DNA from: Paragordius varius
Taxonomy: Eukaryota; Animalia; Nematomorpha
Direction of reading: 5' to 3'
NCBI GenBank assembly: GCA_964247055.1
Contig: OZ176057.1
Coordinates: 6,076,001-6,140,000, forward strand
DNA length: 64,000 nucleotides
Shown here: piece after piece, positions 21,841 to 36,641 of the stretch
How positions within the stretch are numbered: position 1 is the stretch's first letter
Layout: the number at the start of each line of letters is the position of its first letter
Notes under the pieces: model-generated
The model's input: only the letters and a program-made list of their open reading frames with translations
Told to the model about the DNA's origin: nothing
Database searches by the model: none
Program-made: the position numbers and the translations under genes

Positions 21841-23340
21841 AGTGTCATATTTTAAACTAAGGATTGAAATAATTTACATTTTTTAACCATATAACCAAAT
21901 ATTTTTATTGGTTTTTTAAATCGTAGTAAAGAATATGAAATGCCTATTACATTCAGCTTCAAAACGGGAACTAATTATTAAAAAAGTTGAGGAATTTAAT
22001 GATATTTTAATCCGACATTGATATCGTATTTTAGTTTGTTCATGTTATTGTCGTGTGGTTATACATAATTATTAAATGAAGAAACTCTTTTGATTCATTT
22101 TTAAAAGATTAGTTGATATTTAAACTAAACTGTTGATTACTGCTTATTTCTAAAGAAATTTTTGCATGAACGATGGGAATTTAATATTGCAAGCTTAGAA
22201 AGTTGTGGGATAAATAATCCATTTTAATTTCAAATATTGTTAGGATTCAACCATTTCTCAATTAAGAATTATTACACTTTTAAAGGTTATTAACTGTTAA
22301 GTTAGCAATTCCCAGATATTTCGTATCGTTCTATGGTATAAAAAAAGTTTAAATTTAGTTTTAATACAGATAACTCTTAATGAAAAACACATTTTCAGCT
22401 TTCTGTTTAAAAAACTGAAACCAAACTTCTTACCTTAACCCTTATCCCCACAGGACATAACTTATTTTCAATCTTATTTACATATTTTATTAATTGAATT
22501 AAAACAGAATAATAACTTATATTTGATTGATTCCCATTTTAAAATTAATATATATATTATCATCATATATTGGTAATTATCGTAAGCACACTTTAAATAT
22601 CTTTTACCTAAATAAACTATCTGTGATGATTGATTTTAATGAAATGGAAATCCAAAAGAATCAGAGCTCTTTTTGTTGAAAGCTTATTATATTGATGTAT
22701 TTGATTTTAACATTAATTTGATATTAGATGATTGCACAAGGCATAAAATTAAAATAATTATAAATCTTTAAGATAATAATCTTTCTTAAAAAACATTCTG
22801 CTTTATAAGAGAAAAAAGATCTAAGATCTCTAAATTATGAACCAATATATTAATCAAATTACACAGGTTAAAACTTAAATACCTCTATTAAAAATTGTTA
22901 TTTTAATATTGAAACAAATTAGACTAATTAATTAATTAATTTTTGATGATATTAGCCATTTGTGTAATCAAACATTTAAGTAAGAAAATAAATTTAAATT
23001 TATCATTTATTATTAATAGAGAGAGATTGTTAAAATATTATTGCAATATTTTTTTAAAACATATTTTTCTCCGAATTTTATTTACATTCTTTATAGGCGC
23101 CAGCCAAATAACATTATTGTAATAATGAAAAAAGATTTGATGGATGGATGGATGGATGCTATATTATAATTTAATGTTTTATTGGAATGTGCACATGGGG
23201 GGAGAGGGAATAATAATAAAATAGAGGCGCCCAAACAATGTTAATGCGCAGTAAAGAAAGGGAGGGAATAAGTAATAATACATAATAATAATAATAAGAG
23301 AGGGAAAACGAAAGATATGTGAAACATTTTTCCAGAAGGG

Positions 23341-23420
23341 GGGAGAAAAAGGCGCAAATGCACACATTAATTTGATTGGATAAAAAGATAACATATACAT
23401 TTCGGCCTATATAAAGGGCG
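23341..23420 (+). promoter_or_regulatory. Pol II promoter-like site (inverted CCAAT and TATA)
   Basis: ATTGG at 23375-23379 and TATATAAAG from 23408, in a locally GC/purine-rich patch. Conserved in the diverged copy (TATA at 50449). Confidence 0.45.
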
Positions 23421-24810
23421 AAAATTTTACTTTTTTTTCATTTATTTAATTTTTTTTTTCCTCGCACATTTTTTGAGATGGATAGATAGATTGGGTGCAT
23501 ATGCAACTTCCCTTTACTATACAATGTATTGCCATTACTATATAAGGTAAATTGTATTTATTTAATCATCATTAGAATACCATTGTTAATTGAAAAAAAA
23601 GGAAACTGCTCAACAAATCCTAGAAACAATCGAATACAATATAACCACCAATTAAAAGACAAATTATTGAAAACATGGTTGATATTATGCGACTGAAATG
23701 ATGGGAAAATACGTTCTAATACAATTGTAATCAAACAATATATGTAAGTTTTGCATGTTTTATATAATATATACAGTATAATTACAAATGCATTGCTGGG
23801 TTTGCATTAAAATATTGTCAGATACGATTGATAGTAAAGAACATTTATTGACTTCAACAAGAGGAATCTTTTCTTGCTATTAGCGTATAATTTAATTGAG
23901 AATTCTCTATCTGGCAAATACATTAACACAAACCCAGTTATATTTTATTAATTATACTGTAATTTTCCATTTTATAATATAAATACATGTTTAATTACGA
24001 TAGTAATATATTGCTAACAAGTGGGTTTCTTGATTTTTTATAATTTATTTTTCCTCATTTGTTTGAGGAAGATGAAATAGAAAGGTGAACATTTGTTATA
24101 ATTATTTAGATGCTTGCTTGTTTTGAAATCTAAAATATCCATCCTTGCAATTTAAAATAATTTTACATAAATTATAGCACTTGGTAAAATATTTTTTTGT
24201 ATTGAATTTTTTTCTCTAAAATCATGTAAAAAAAATTTTGATAAGGGAGAGGAAATGTTAACATGTAAAGGTGTACTTATGTTGTTATTTTTTAGGTGCA
24301 TGCTTGTCCTATAAAATTTAATTTCTTAACAAAGGAATTCATATTCTATGGCTTTGCGGGCCGCATTAACTAACATTTTATTAAATATTAAAAATGATGC
24401 TGTAGAAACCACTATTTTGCTATCATTTTTTGGGAAATATTGTCAAAATTCCGTAAAAATTATTCAGAAATATGTTAAGGATAATCAATTTGCCTTAAAT
24501 TTTATAAAAACTCGTGCAGTCTCAATATTGTGGAGAGCAGCGTGTTGGCCACGCCTCCTCTAAAAAATTCCTAGTATTTAAATTATGCACAACAAATTGG
24601 TTTCTTTGGGTTTTCTGACGTTTATTCATTGATATAACGCCTTCTTTTCATGTCTTCTATTTTTTCATACATAAAACTCCTTAAGGTAGTTTAAAAAGTA
24701 ATAAAAATGGATTTAAAGTTTCGCAAATATATACTAAAATTATTTAAAAATATTAAAAGTTTGTTAAAAAGTGAGAAATTGTTTAAAAATTAATTAAAAG
24801 TTATAAAAAT

Positions 24811-27800
24811 TGGTTAAAAGTTGTAAATTTGAAAAATCGGTTAAAATTTGCTTAAAATCGGTTAAAATTTGTTAAAAATCCGTTCTTAATATTTTCTAAA
24901 AATCGGTTAAAGTTTCCTTAAAATTTGCTAAAAATCGATTAAACTTTTCTTAAAATTTGCTAAAAATCGGTTAAAGTTTCCTTAAAATCGGTTAAAATTT
25001 CCTTAAAATTTTCTAAAAATCGGTTAAAGTTTCCTTAAAATTTGCTAAAAATCGATTAAAGTTTCCTTAAAATTTGCTAAAAATCGGTTAAAGTTTCCTT
25101 AAAATTTGCTAAAAATCGGTTAAAGTTTCCTTAAATTTGCTAAAAATGGGTTAAAGTTTCCTTAAATTTGCTAAAAATGGGTTAAAGTTTCCTTAAAATT
25201 TGCTAAAAATCGGTTAAAGTTTCCTTAAAATTTGCTAAAAATGGGTTAAAGTTTCCTTAAATTTAAAGTTTCCTTAAAATTTGCTAAAAATCGGTTAAAG
25301 TTTCCTTAAAATTTGCTAAAAATGGGTTAAAGTTTCCTTAAATTTAAAGTTTCCTTAAAATTTGCTAAAAATTGGTTAAAGTTTCCTTAAAATTTGCTAA
25401 AAATGGGTTAAAGTTTCCTTAAATTTAAAGTTTCCTTAAAATTTGCTAAAAATGGGTTAAAGTTTCCTTAAAATTTGCTAAAAATCGGTTAAAGTTTCCT
25501 TAAAATTTGCTAAAAATGGGTTAAAGTTTCCTTAAATTTAAAGTTTCCTTAAAATTTGCTAAAAATTGGTTAAAGTTTCCTTAAAATTTGCTAAAAATGG
25601 GTTAAAGTTTCCTTAAATTTAAAGTTTCCTTAAAATTTGCTAAAAATCGGTTAAAGTTTCCTTAAATTTGCTAAAAATGGGTTAAAGTTTCCTTAAATTT
25701 GCTAAAAATGGGTTAAAGTTTCCTTAAAATTTGCTAAAAATGGGTTAAAGTTTCCTTAAATTTGCTAAAAATGGGTTAAAGTTTCCTTAAAATTTGCTAA
25801 AAATCGGTTAAAGTTTCCTTAAAATTTGCTAAAAATGGGTTAAAGTTTCCTTAAATTTAAAGTTTCCTTAAAATTTGCTAAAAATTGGTTAAAGTTTCCT
25901 TAAAATTTGCTAAAAATGGGTTAAAGTTTCCTTAAATTTAAAGTTTCCTTAAAATTTGCTAAAAATGGGTTAAAGTTTCCTTAAAATTTGCTAAAAATCG
26001 GTTAAAGTTTCCTTAAATTTAAAGTTTCCTTAAAATTTGCTAAAAATCGGTTAAACTTTCCTTAAAATTTGCTAAAAATTGGTTAAAGTTTCCTTAAATT
26101 TAAAGTTTCCTTAAAATTTGCTAAAAATCGGTTAAAGTTTCCTTAAAATTTGCTAAAAATCGGTTAAAGTTTCCTTAAAATTTGCTAAAAATGGGTTAAA
26201 GTTTCCTTAAATTTAAAGTTTCCTTAAAATTTGCTAAAAATCGGTTAAAGTTTCCTTAAAATTTGCTAAAAATCGGTTAAAGTTTCCTTAAAATTTGCTA
26301 AAAATGGGTTAAAGTTTCCTTAAATTTAAAGTTTCCTTAAAATTTGCTAAAAATCGGTTAAAGTTTCCTTAAAATTTGCTAAAAATGGGTTAAAGTTTCC
26401 TTAAATTTAAAGTTTCCTTAAAATTTGCTAAAAATCGGTTAAAGTTTCCTTAAAATTTGCTAAAAATGGGTTAAAGTTTCCTTAAAATTTGCTAAAAATC
26501 GGTTAAAGTTTCCTTAAAATTTGCTAAAAATCGGTTAAAGTTTCCTTAAAATTTCCTTAAAATTTGCTAAAAATCGGTTAAAGTTTCCTTAAAATTTGCT
26601 AAAAATGGGTTAAAGTTTCCTTAAATTTAAAGTTTCCTTAAAATTTGCTAAAAATCGGTTAAAGTTTCCTTAAAATTTGCTAAAAATTGGTTAAAGTTTC
26701 CTTAAAATTTGCTAAAAATTGGTTAAAGTTTCCTTAAAATTTCCTTAAAATTTGCTAAAAATCGGTTAAAGTTTCCTTAAAATTTGCTAAAAATGGGTTA
26801 AAGTTTCCTTAAATTTAAAGTTTCCTTAAAATTTGCTAAAAATCGGTTAAAGTTTCCTTAAAATTTGCTAAAAATCGGTTAAAGTTTCCTTAAAATTTGC
26901 TAAAAATGGGTTAAAGTTTCCTTAAATTTAAAGTTTCCTTAAAATTTGCTAAAAATCGGTTAAAGTTTCCTTAAAATTTGCTAAAAATCGGTTAAAGTTT
27001 CCTTAAAATTTGCTAAAAATGGGTTAAAGTTTCCTTAAATTTAAAGTTTCCTTAAAATTTGCTAAAAATCGGTTAAAGTTTCCTTAAAATTTGCTAAAAA
27101 TGGGTTAAAGTTTCCTTAAATTTAAAGTTTCCTTAAAATTTGCTAAAAATCGGTTAAAGTTTCCTTAAAATTTGCTAAAAATCGGTTAAAGTTTCCTTAA
27201 AATTTGCTAAAAATGGGTTAAAGTTTCCTTAAATTTAAAGTTTCCTTAAAATTTGCTAAAAATCGGTTAAAGTTTCCTTAAAATTTGCTAAAAATGGGTT
27301 AAAGTTTCCTTAAATTTAAAGTTTCCTTAAAATTTGCTAAAAATCGGTTAAAGTTTCCTTAAAATTTGCTAAAAATCGGTTAAAGTTTCCTTAAAATTTG
27401 CTAAAAATGGGTTAAAGTTTCCTTAAATTTAAAGTTTCCTTAAAATTTGCTAAAAATTGGTTAAAGTTTCCTTAAAATTTGCTAAAAATCGGTTAAAGTT
27501 TCCTTAAATTTGCTAAAAATCGGTTAAAGTTTCCTTAAAATTTGCTAAAAATTGGTTAAAGTTTCCTTAAAATTTGCTAAAAATTGGTTAAAGTTTCCTT
27601 AAAATTTCCTTAAAATTTGCTAAAAATCGGTTAAACTTTCCTTAAAATTTGCTAAAAATCCATTAAATTTTTCTTAAAATTTGTTAAAAATCGGTTAAAG
27701 TTTTCTTGAAATTAGCTAAAAATCAGTTAAAGTTTTCTTGAAATTTGCTAAAAATCGGTTAAAGTTTTCTTAAAATTTGCTAAAAATCGGTTAAAGTTTC

Positions 27801-30800
27801 CTTAAAATTTGCTAAAAATCGGTTAAAATTTGCTAAAAATCCGTTAAATTATCCTTAAAATATTCTAAAAATCGGTTAAAGATTCCTTAAAATTTGCTAA
27901 AAATCGGTTAAAGTTTCTTTAAAATTTGTTACAAATCGATTAAACTTTATATGCTAAATATCGCTTAAAGTTTCCTTAAAATTTGCTAAAAATCGGTTAA
28001 ACTTTTCTTAAAATTTGCTAAAAATGGGTTAAAGTTTCCTTAAATTTAAAGTTTCCTTAAAATTTGCTAAAAATCGGTTAAAGTTTCCTTAAAATTTGCT
28101 AAAAATCGGTTAAAGTTTCCTTAAAATTTGCTAAAAATGGGTTAAAGTTTCCTTAAATTTAAAGTTTCCTTAAAATTTGCTAAAAATCGGTTAAAGTTTC
28201 CTTAAAATTTGCTAAAAATGGGTTAAAGTTTCCTTAAATTTAAAGTTTCCTTAAAATTTGCTAAAAATCGGTTAAAGTCTCCTTAAAATTTGCTAAAAAT
28301 CGGTTAAAGTTTCCTTAAAATTTGCTAAAAATGGGTTAAAGTTTCCTTAAATTTAAAGTTTCCTTAAAATTTGCTAAAAATCGGTTAAAGTTTCCTTAAA
28401 ATTTGCTAAAAATGGGTTAAAGTTTCCTTAAATTTAAAGTTTCCTTAAAATTTGCTAAAAATCGGTTAAAGTTTCCTTAAAATTTGCTAAAAATCGGTTA
28501 AAGTTTCCTTAAAATTTGCTAAAAATGGGTTAAAGTTTCCTTAAATTTAAAGTTTCCTTAAAATTTGCTAAAAATTGGTTAAAGTTTCCTTAAAATTTGC
28601 TAAAAATCGGTTAAAGTTTCCTTAAATTTGCTAAAAATCGGTTAAAGTTTCCTTAAAATTTGCTAAAAATTGGTTAAAGTTTCCTTAAAATTTGCTAAAA
28701 ATTGGTTAAAGTTTCCTTAAAATTTCCTTAAAATTTGCTAAAAATCGGTTAAACTTTCCTTAAAATTTGCTAAAAATCCATTAAATTTTTCTTAAAATTT
28801 GTTAAAAATCGGTTAAAGTTTTCTTGAAATTAGCTAAAAATCAGTTAAAGTTTTCTTGAAATTTGCTAAAAATCGGTTAAAGTTTTCTTAAAATTTGCTA
28901 AAAATCGGTTAAAGTTTCCTTAAAATTTGCTAAAAATCGGTTAAAGTTTCCTTAAAATTTGCTAAAAATCGGTTAAAGTTTCCTTAAATTTGCTAAAAAT
29001 GGGTTAAAGTTTCCTTAAATTTAAAGTTTCCTTAAAATTTGCTAAAAATCGGTTAAACTTTCCTTAAAATTTGCTAAAAATTGGTTAAAGTTTCCTTAAA
29101 TTTAAAGTTTCCTTAAAATTTGCTAAAAATCGGTTAAAGTTTCCTTAAAATTTGCTAAAAATCGGTTAAAGTTTCCTTAAAATTTGCTAAAAATGGGTTA
29201 AAGTTTCCTTAAATTTAAAGTTTCCTTAAAATTTGCTAAAAATCGGTTAAAGTTTCCTTAAAATTTGCTAAAAATCGGTTAAAGTTTCCTTAAAATTTGC
29301 TAAAAATGGGTTAAAGTTTCCTTAAATTTAAAGTTTCCTTAAAATTTGCTAAAAATCGGTTAAAGTTTCCTTAAAATTTGCTAAAAATGGGTTAAAGTTT
29401 CCTTAAATTTAAAGTTTCCTTAAAATTTGCTAAAAATCGGTTAAAGTTTCCTTAAAATTTGCTAAAAATCGGTTAAAGTTTCCTTAAAATTTGCTAAAAA
29501 TGGGTTAAAGTTTCCTTAAATTTAAAGTTTCCTTAAAATTTGCTAAAAATCGGTTAAAGTTTCCTTAAAATTTGCTAAAAATGGGTTAAAGTTTCCTTAA
29601 ATTTAAAGTTTCCTTAAAATTTGCTAAAAATCGGTTAAAGTTTCCTTAAAATTTGCTAAAAATCGGTTAAAGTTTCCTTAAAATTTGCTAAAAATGGGTT
29701 AAAGTTTCCTTAAATTTAAAGTTTCCTTAAAATTTGCTAAAAATCGGTTAAAGTTTCCTTAAAATTTGCTAAAAATGGGTTAAAGTTTCCTTAAATTTAA
29801 AGTTTCCTTAAAATTTGCTAAAAATCGGTTAAAGTTTCCTTAAAATTTGCTAAAAATGGGTTAAAGTTTCCTTAAATTTAAAGTTTCCTTAAAATTTGCT
29901 AAAAATCGGTTAAAGTTTCCTTAAAATTTGCTAAAAATCGGTTAAAGTTTCCTTAAAATTTGCTAAAAATGGGTTAAAGTTTCCTTAAATTTAAAGTTTC
30001 CTTAAAATTTGCTAAAAATTGGTTAAAGTTTCCTTAAAATTTGCTAAAAATCGGTTAAAGTTTCCTTAAATTTGCTAAAAATCGGTTAAAGTTTCCTTAA
30101 AATTTGCTAAAAATTGGTTAAAGTTTCCTTAAAATTTGCTAAAAATTGGTTAAAGTTTCCTTAAAATTTCCTTAAAATTTGCTAAAAATCGGTCAAACTT
30201 TCCTTAAAATTTGCTAAAAATCCATTAAATTTTTCTTAAAATTTGTTAAAAATCGGTTAAAGTTTTCTTGAAATTAGCTAAAAATCAGTTAAAGTTTTCT
30301 TGAAATTTGCTAAAAATCGGTTAAAGTTTTCTTAAAATTTGCTAAAAATCGGTTAAAGTTTCCTTAAAATTTGCTAAAAATCGGTTAAAGTTTCCTTAAA
30401 ATTTGCTAAAAATCGGTTAAAGTTTCCTTAAATTTGCTAAAAATGGGTTAAAGTTTCCTTAAATTTAAAGTTTCCTTAAAATTTGCTAAAAATCGGTTAA
30501 ACTTTCCTTAAAATTTGCTAAAAATTGGTTAAAGTTTCCTTAAATTTAAAGTTTCCTTAAAATTTGCTAAAAATCGGTTAAAGTTTCCTTAAAATTTGCT
30601 AAAAATCGGTTAAAGTTTCCTTAAAATTTGCTAAAAATGGGTTAAAGTTTCCTTAAATTTAAAGTTTCCTTAAAATTTGCTAAAAATCGGTTAAAGTTTC
30701 CTTAAAATTTGCTAAAAATCGGTTAAAGTTTCCTTAAAATTTGCTAAAAATGGGTTAAAGTTTCCTTAAATTTAAAGTTTCCTTAAAATTTGCTAAAAAT

Positions 30801-33170
30801 CGGTTAAAGTTTCCTTAAAATTTGCTAAAAATGGGTTAAAGTTTCTTTAAATTTAAAGTTTCCTTAAAATTTGCTAAAAATCGGTTAAAGTTTCCTTAAA
30901 ATTTGCTAAAAATCGGTTAAAGTTTCCTTAAAATTTGCTAAAAATGGGTTAAAGTTTCCTTAAATTTAAAGTTTCCTTAAAATTTGCTAAAAATCGGTTA
31001 AAGTTTCCTTAAAATTTGCTAAAAATCGGTTAAAGTTTCCTTAAAATTTGCTAAAAATGGGTTAAAGTTTCCTTAAATTTAAAGTTTCCTTAAAATTTGC
31101 TAAAAATCGGTTAAAGTTTCCTTAAAATTTGCTAAAAATGGGTTAAAGTTTCCTTAAATTTAAAGTTTCCTTAAAATTTGCTAAAAATCGGTTAAAGTTT
31201 CCTTAAAATTTGCTAAAAATCGGTTAAAGTTTCCTTAAAATTTGCTAAAAATGGGTTAAAGTTTCCTTAAATTTAAAGTTTCCTTAAAATTTGCTAAAAA
31301 TCGGTTAAAGTTTCCTTAAAATTTGCTAAAAATGGGTTAAAGTTTCCTTAAATTTAAAGTTTCCTTAAAATTTGCTAAAAATCGGTTAAAGTTTCCTTAA
31401 AATTTGCTAAAAATCGGTTAAAGTTTCCTTAAAATTTGCTAAAAATGGGTTAAAGTTTCCTTAAATTTAAAGTTTCCTTAAAATTTGCTAAAAATTGGTT
31501 AAAGTTTCCTTAAAATTTGCTAAAAATCGGTTAAAGTTTCCTTAAATTTGCTAAAAATCGGTTAAAGTTTCCTTAAAATTTGCTAAAAATTGGTTAAAGT
31601 TTCCTTAAAATTTGCTAAAAATTGGTTAAAGTTTCCTTAAAATTTGCTAAAAATCGGTTAAAGTTTCCTTAAAATTTGCTAAAAATGGGTTAAAGTTTCC
31701 TTAAATTTAAAGTTTCCTTAAAATTTGCTAAAAATCGGTTAAAGTTTCCTTAAAATTTGCTAAAAATCGGTTAAAGTTTCCTTAAAATTTGCTAAAAATG
31801 GGTTAAAGTTTCCTTAAATTTAAAGTTTCCTTAAAATTTGCTAAAAATTGGTTAAAGTTTCCTTAAAATTTGCTAAAAATCGGTTAAAGTTTCCTTAAAT
31901 TTGCTAAAAATCGGTTAAAGTTTCCTTAAAATTTGCTAAAAATTGGTTAAAGTTTCCTTAAAATTTGCTAAAAATTGGTTAAAGTTTCCTTAAAATTTCC
32001 TTAAAATTTGCTAAAAATCGGTTAAACTTTCCTTAAAATTTGCTAAAAATCCATTAAATTTTTCTTAAAATTTGTTAAAAATCGGTTAAAGTTTTCTTGA
32101 AATTAGCTAAAAATCAGTTAAAGTTTTCTTGAAATTTGCTAAAAATCGGTTAAAGTTTTCTTAAAATTTGCTAAAAATCGGTTAAAGTTTCCTTAAAATT
32201 TGCTAAAAATCGGTTAAAATTTGCTAAAAATCCGTTAAATTATCCTTAAAATATTCTAAAAATCGGTTAAAGATTCCTTAAAATTTGCTAAAAATCGGTT
32301 AAAGTTTCTTTAAAATTTGTTACAAATCGATTAAACTTTATATGCTAAATATCGCTTAAAGTTTCCTTAAAATTTGCTAAAAATCGGTTAAACTTTTCTT
32401 AAAATTTGTTAAAAATCAGTTAAAGTTTCCTTAAAATTTGCTAAAAATCGGTTAAAGTTTTCTTAAAATATGCTAAAAATCGGTTAAAATTTCCTTAAAA
32501 TTTGCTAAAAATCGGTTTTAAAGTTTCCTTAAAATTTGCTAAAAATCGGTTAAAGTTTCCTTAAAATTTGCTAAAAATCGGTTAAACTTTTCTTAAAATT
32601 TGGTAAAAATCGATAAAAGTTTCCTTAAAATTTGCTAAAAATCGGTTAAAGTTTTCTTAAAATATGCTAAAAATCGGTTAAAATTTCCTTAAAATTTGCT
32701 AAAAATCGGTTTTAAAGTTTCCTTAAAATTTGCTAAAAATCGATTAAAATTTGCTAAAAATTGGTTAAAGTCTCCTTAAAATTTGCTATAAATTTGCTAA
32801 AAATCGGTTAAAATTTCCTTAAAATTTGCTAAAAATCGATTAAACTTTTGTTAAAATATTCTAAAAATCGGTTAAAGTTTCCTTAAAATCGGTTAAAGTT
32901 TCCTTAAAATCGGTTAAAGTTTCCTTAAAATCGGTTAAAGTTTTCTTAAAATTTTCTAAAAATCGGTTAAAGTTTCCTTCAGATTTGCTAAGAATTAGTT
33001 AAAGTTTCTTTAAAATTTGCTAAAAATCGATTAAAGTTTCCTTACAAATTTCTAAAAAACGGTTAAAGTTTCCTTAAAATTTGCTAAAAATCGGTAAAAA
33101 CTTGTTAAAAATCCGTTAAAATATCCTTAAAATATTCTAAAAATATACTTATAATTAGGTAAAAATTAGT
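24811..33170 (+). repeat. Satellite 1 array, unit 2
   Basis: Same 32-bp monomer, variants and flanks as 470-8750, with a different block count. Confidence 0.97.
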
Positions 33171-33418
33171 TAAAAATATGCCTATAAATCCAAATGTTGT
33201 AAATAATAATAATTGCCTAAAAATCGCAAGTTTTTTAAAAAATGCTTAAATTGTATATATGATTCGCTCAATTTTACAAAATTGCTTAATAAAATGTCCG
33301 CAAATCGGTTTTTTAGATATTTAAACAAAACATATCATTCATTCTTAAATAGCGTTTTTTGAATTATTATATTGTAATTAATCCTTTATATTTATCAATT
33401 TATATATTTATTTTTTAG

Positions 33419-33502
33419 AATGTATTGCCTCAATCAATTATTTGCGGAAAAACTGAAACGAATCATAAATGAATAGATTTTAACTTGATATTTCGGAATT
33501 CG
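33419..33502 (+). other. Exon-like cassette A, unit 2
   Basis: Identical to 9000-9083, with AG/GT boundaries. Confidence 0.5.
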
Positions 33503-33659
33503 GTAATTTTTTTACTATTTAATAATTCAAATAAGTAATTTATTATTATAGTTATATTAAACTGAAATTTTATTTGAAAATATATACTTAACATTATTAA
33601 AACCGTTGTATTTTTTAAAATAATTTTAAAATATTTGATTTTTAAACAGTTTTTAATTT

Positions 33660-35645
33660 CGTTTTTATTAATCAGTTGTTTAAATTAATCGGTTATTTTA
33701 ATTAATCAGTTGTTTTTATTAATCAGTTGTTTTAATTCATCAGTTGTTTTTATTAATCAGTTGTTATTAATCAGTTGTTATTAATCAGTTGTTATTAATC
33801 AGTTGTTTTAATTAATCAGTTGTTTTAATTAATCAGTTGTTTTAATTAATCAGTTGTTTAAATTAATCAGTTGTTTAAATTAATCAGTTGTTTTAATTAA
33901 TCAGTTGTTTTAGTCAACCAGTTGTTTTAATTAATCAGTTGTTTTAAATAATCAGTTGTGTTTAAATTAATCAGTTGTTTTTATTAAGTAGTTGTTTTTA
34001 TTAATCAGTTATTTGTATTAATCAGTTGTTTTTATTAATCTTGTTTTTATTAATCAGTTGTTTTAATTAATCATTTTTTAATGATCAGTTGTTTTTATTA
34101 ATTGTTTTTATTCATCAGTTGTTTGTATTAATCATTTGTTTGTATTAATCATTTGTTTGTATTAATCATTTGTTTGTATTAATCATTTGTTTGTATTAAT
34201 CAGTTGTTTGAATTAATCAGTTGTTTTTATTAATCAGTTGTTTTTTTGTTTTTTTAATCAGTTTTTTTTATTAATTAGTTGTTTTAATTAATCATTTGTT
34301 TTAATTAATCATTTGTTTTTATTAATCAGTTGTTTTAATTAATCATTTGTTTTTATTGTTCAGTTGTTTTAATTAATCAGTTGTTTTAAATAATCATTTG
34401 TAAATTAATCATTTGTTTTAATTAAACAGTTGTTTTTATTAATCAGTTGTTTTTATTAATCAGTTGTTTTAATTAATCAGTTGTTTTTATTAATCAGTTG
34501 TTTTTATTAATCAGTTGTTTTTATTAATCAGTTGTTTTTATTAATCAGTTGTTTTTATTAATCATTTGTTTGTATTAATCAGTTGTTTTAATTTATCAGT
34601 TGTTTTAATTTATCAGTTGTTTTAATTTATCATTTGTTTTTATTAATCATTTGTTTTTATTAATCATTTGTTTGTATTAATCATTTGTTTGTATTAATCA
34701 TTTGTTTGTATTAATCAGTTGTTTGAATTAATCAGTTGTTTTAATTTATCAGTTGTTTTAATTTATCAGTTGTTTTAATTTATCATTTGTTTGTATTAAT
34801 CATTTGTTTGTATTAATCATTTGTTTGTATTAATCATTTGTTTGTATTAATCATTTGTTTTTATTAATCAGTTGTTTTTTTGTTTTTTTAATCAATTTTT
34901 TTTATTAATTAGTTGTTTTAATTAATCATTTGTTTTAATTAATCATTTGTTTTTATTAATCAGTTGTTTTAATTAATCATTTGTTTTTATTGTTCAGTTG
35001 TTTTAATTAATCAGTTGTTTTAAATAATCATTTGTAAATTAATCATTTGTTTTAATTAAACAGTTGTTTTTATTAATCAGTTGTTTTTATTAATCAGTTG
35101 TTTTATTTAATCATTTGTTTTTATTGTTCAGTTGTTTGAATTAATCAGTCGTTTTTATTAATCATTTGTTTTTATTAATCAGTTGTTTTAATTAATTAGT
35201 TGTTTTAATTAATCAGTTGTTTTAATTAATTAGTTGTTTTAATTAATTAGTTGTTTTAATTAATTAGTTGTTTTAATTAATTAGTTGTTTTAATTAGTTG
35301 TTTAATTAGTCATTTGATTTAATTAATCATTTGTTTTAATTAATCATTTGTTTTAAATAAATTGTTTTAAATCAGTTGTCTTTATTAATCAGTTGTTTTA
35401 TTTTGTTGTTTTTATTAATCAGTTTTTTTTATTAATCAGTTTTTTTTATAATCGGTTGTTTTTACTATTAGTTTTTTTTATTAAAAAGTTGTTTTTATTA
35501 TTCAGTTTTTTTATTAATCAGTTTTTTTATTATTCAGTTTTTTTATTAATCAGTTTTTTTATTAATGAGTTTTTTTTATTAATCAGTTGTTTTTATTTCA
35601 GTATTTTTATTAATCAGTTTTTTTATTAATCAGTTTTTTTATCAA
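33660..35645 (+). repeat. Satellite 2 array, unit 2
   Basis: 17-bp periodicity, near-identical to 9240-11240. Confidence 0.95.
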
Positions 35646-35654
35646 CAAAAATTT

Positions 35655-36125
35655 TCTAAAAACCGGAAAAACCGCTAAAATTTCTTAAAAGCCGCTTAAA
35701 CTTTCTAAAAACCGTTAAATTCCTTTTAAAATAAAAAAATGCGCTTGAAATTCTTTATGCCAAAATTTTCGAAAAACCTAAACTTTCTAAAAACCGCTCC
35801 AACCAGCTAAAAGTCTATTTCTTTAGAAATATTCTAAAAACCGGTTACAATTTAATAACCGGATAACAATGTAAAAACCGATAAAACTTCCTTAAAATGC
35901 TAAAATTTTTAAAATATCGCTAAAATTCCTTTTAAATCAAACAAATGCGCTTGAAATTCTCTTAAAATTGCTAAAAAAATTTAAAACCGCTAAAACTTCA
36001 AATAAACCGCCTAAAATCTCTAAAAACTTACAAAATTGTTTAAAAAGCGTAAATATTTTAGTTAAATCAAAAATGCGCTGAAATTCTTTAAAAAACGGCA
36101 AACTTTTTTAAAAACGCAAAATTGT
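35655..36125 (+). repeat. Satellite 3, unit 2
   Basis: Same as 11250-11720. Confidence 0.75.
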
Positions 36126-36241
36126 TTTTCTGCAATCATATGCCACCAATTTTATTATTTTAACCAATTAGCTAGCCATTTTAAATAGCGTTTTTATATT
36201 TTTAATCTCAATATATTGTAACATACTATTTTTTTGTTTAG

Positions 36242-36300
36242 AATGTGTGATGTCTTACAGAAGTACGCAGAACTGACATCTTAGAATGTTTCGGAATTGG
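36242..36300 (+). other. Exon-like cassette B, unit 2 (59 nt)
   Basis: TTTAG|AATGTG...GGAATTGG|GTAATT; 82 nt in unit 3. Confidence 0.5.
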
Positions 36301-36641
36301 GTAATTATTATTTTTTATTTTGTTGATCAGTTTTAAATTATTATTTAAGTATTTTAGCTAATAATTGTTTTGTTTTATAAATTCTGTATAAATCATTATT
36401 ATCATAATCAACTTTTCTATGTAATTAGCATTTATCATCTGTTTATTAGTTGTTTTAATTAATCAATTGTTTTTTTAGTTTTAAAATTGGCTAGCTTGAG
36501 ATATTTTAAAGATAGTTGAAATTTTTTTAAAAAGAATATGTAGATTATATAGAATATAAATTTATAATAATCTATTTTTATTTATTATTGTAACGTAATA
36601 TTTAATCATCAATTATTACATTTTTCTTTAATTTACTGTAG

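Noticed and set aside
20368-23158. (AT)n and (TGGA)n microsatellites
   Set aside because: Short, ordinary simple repeats.
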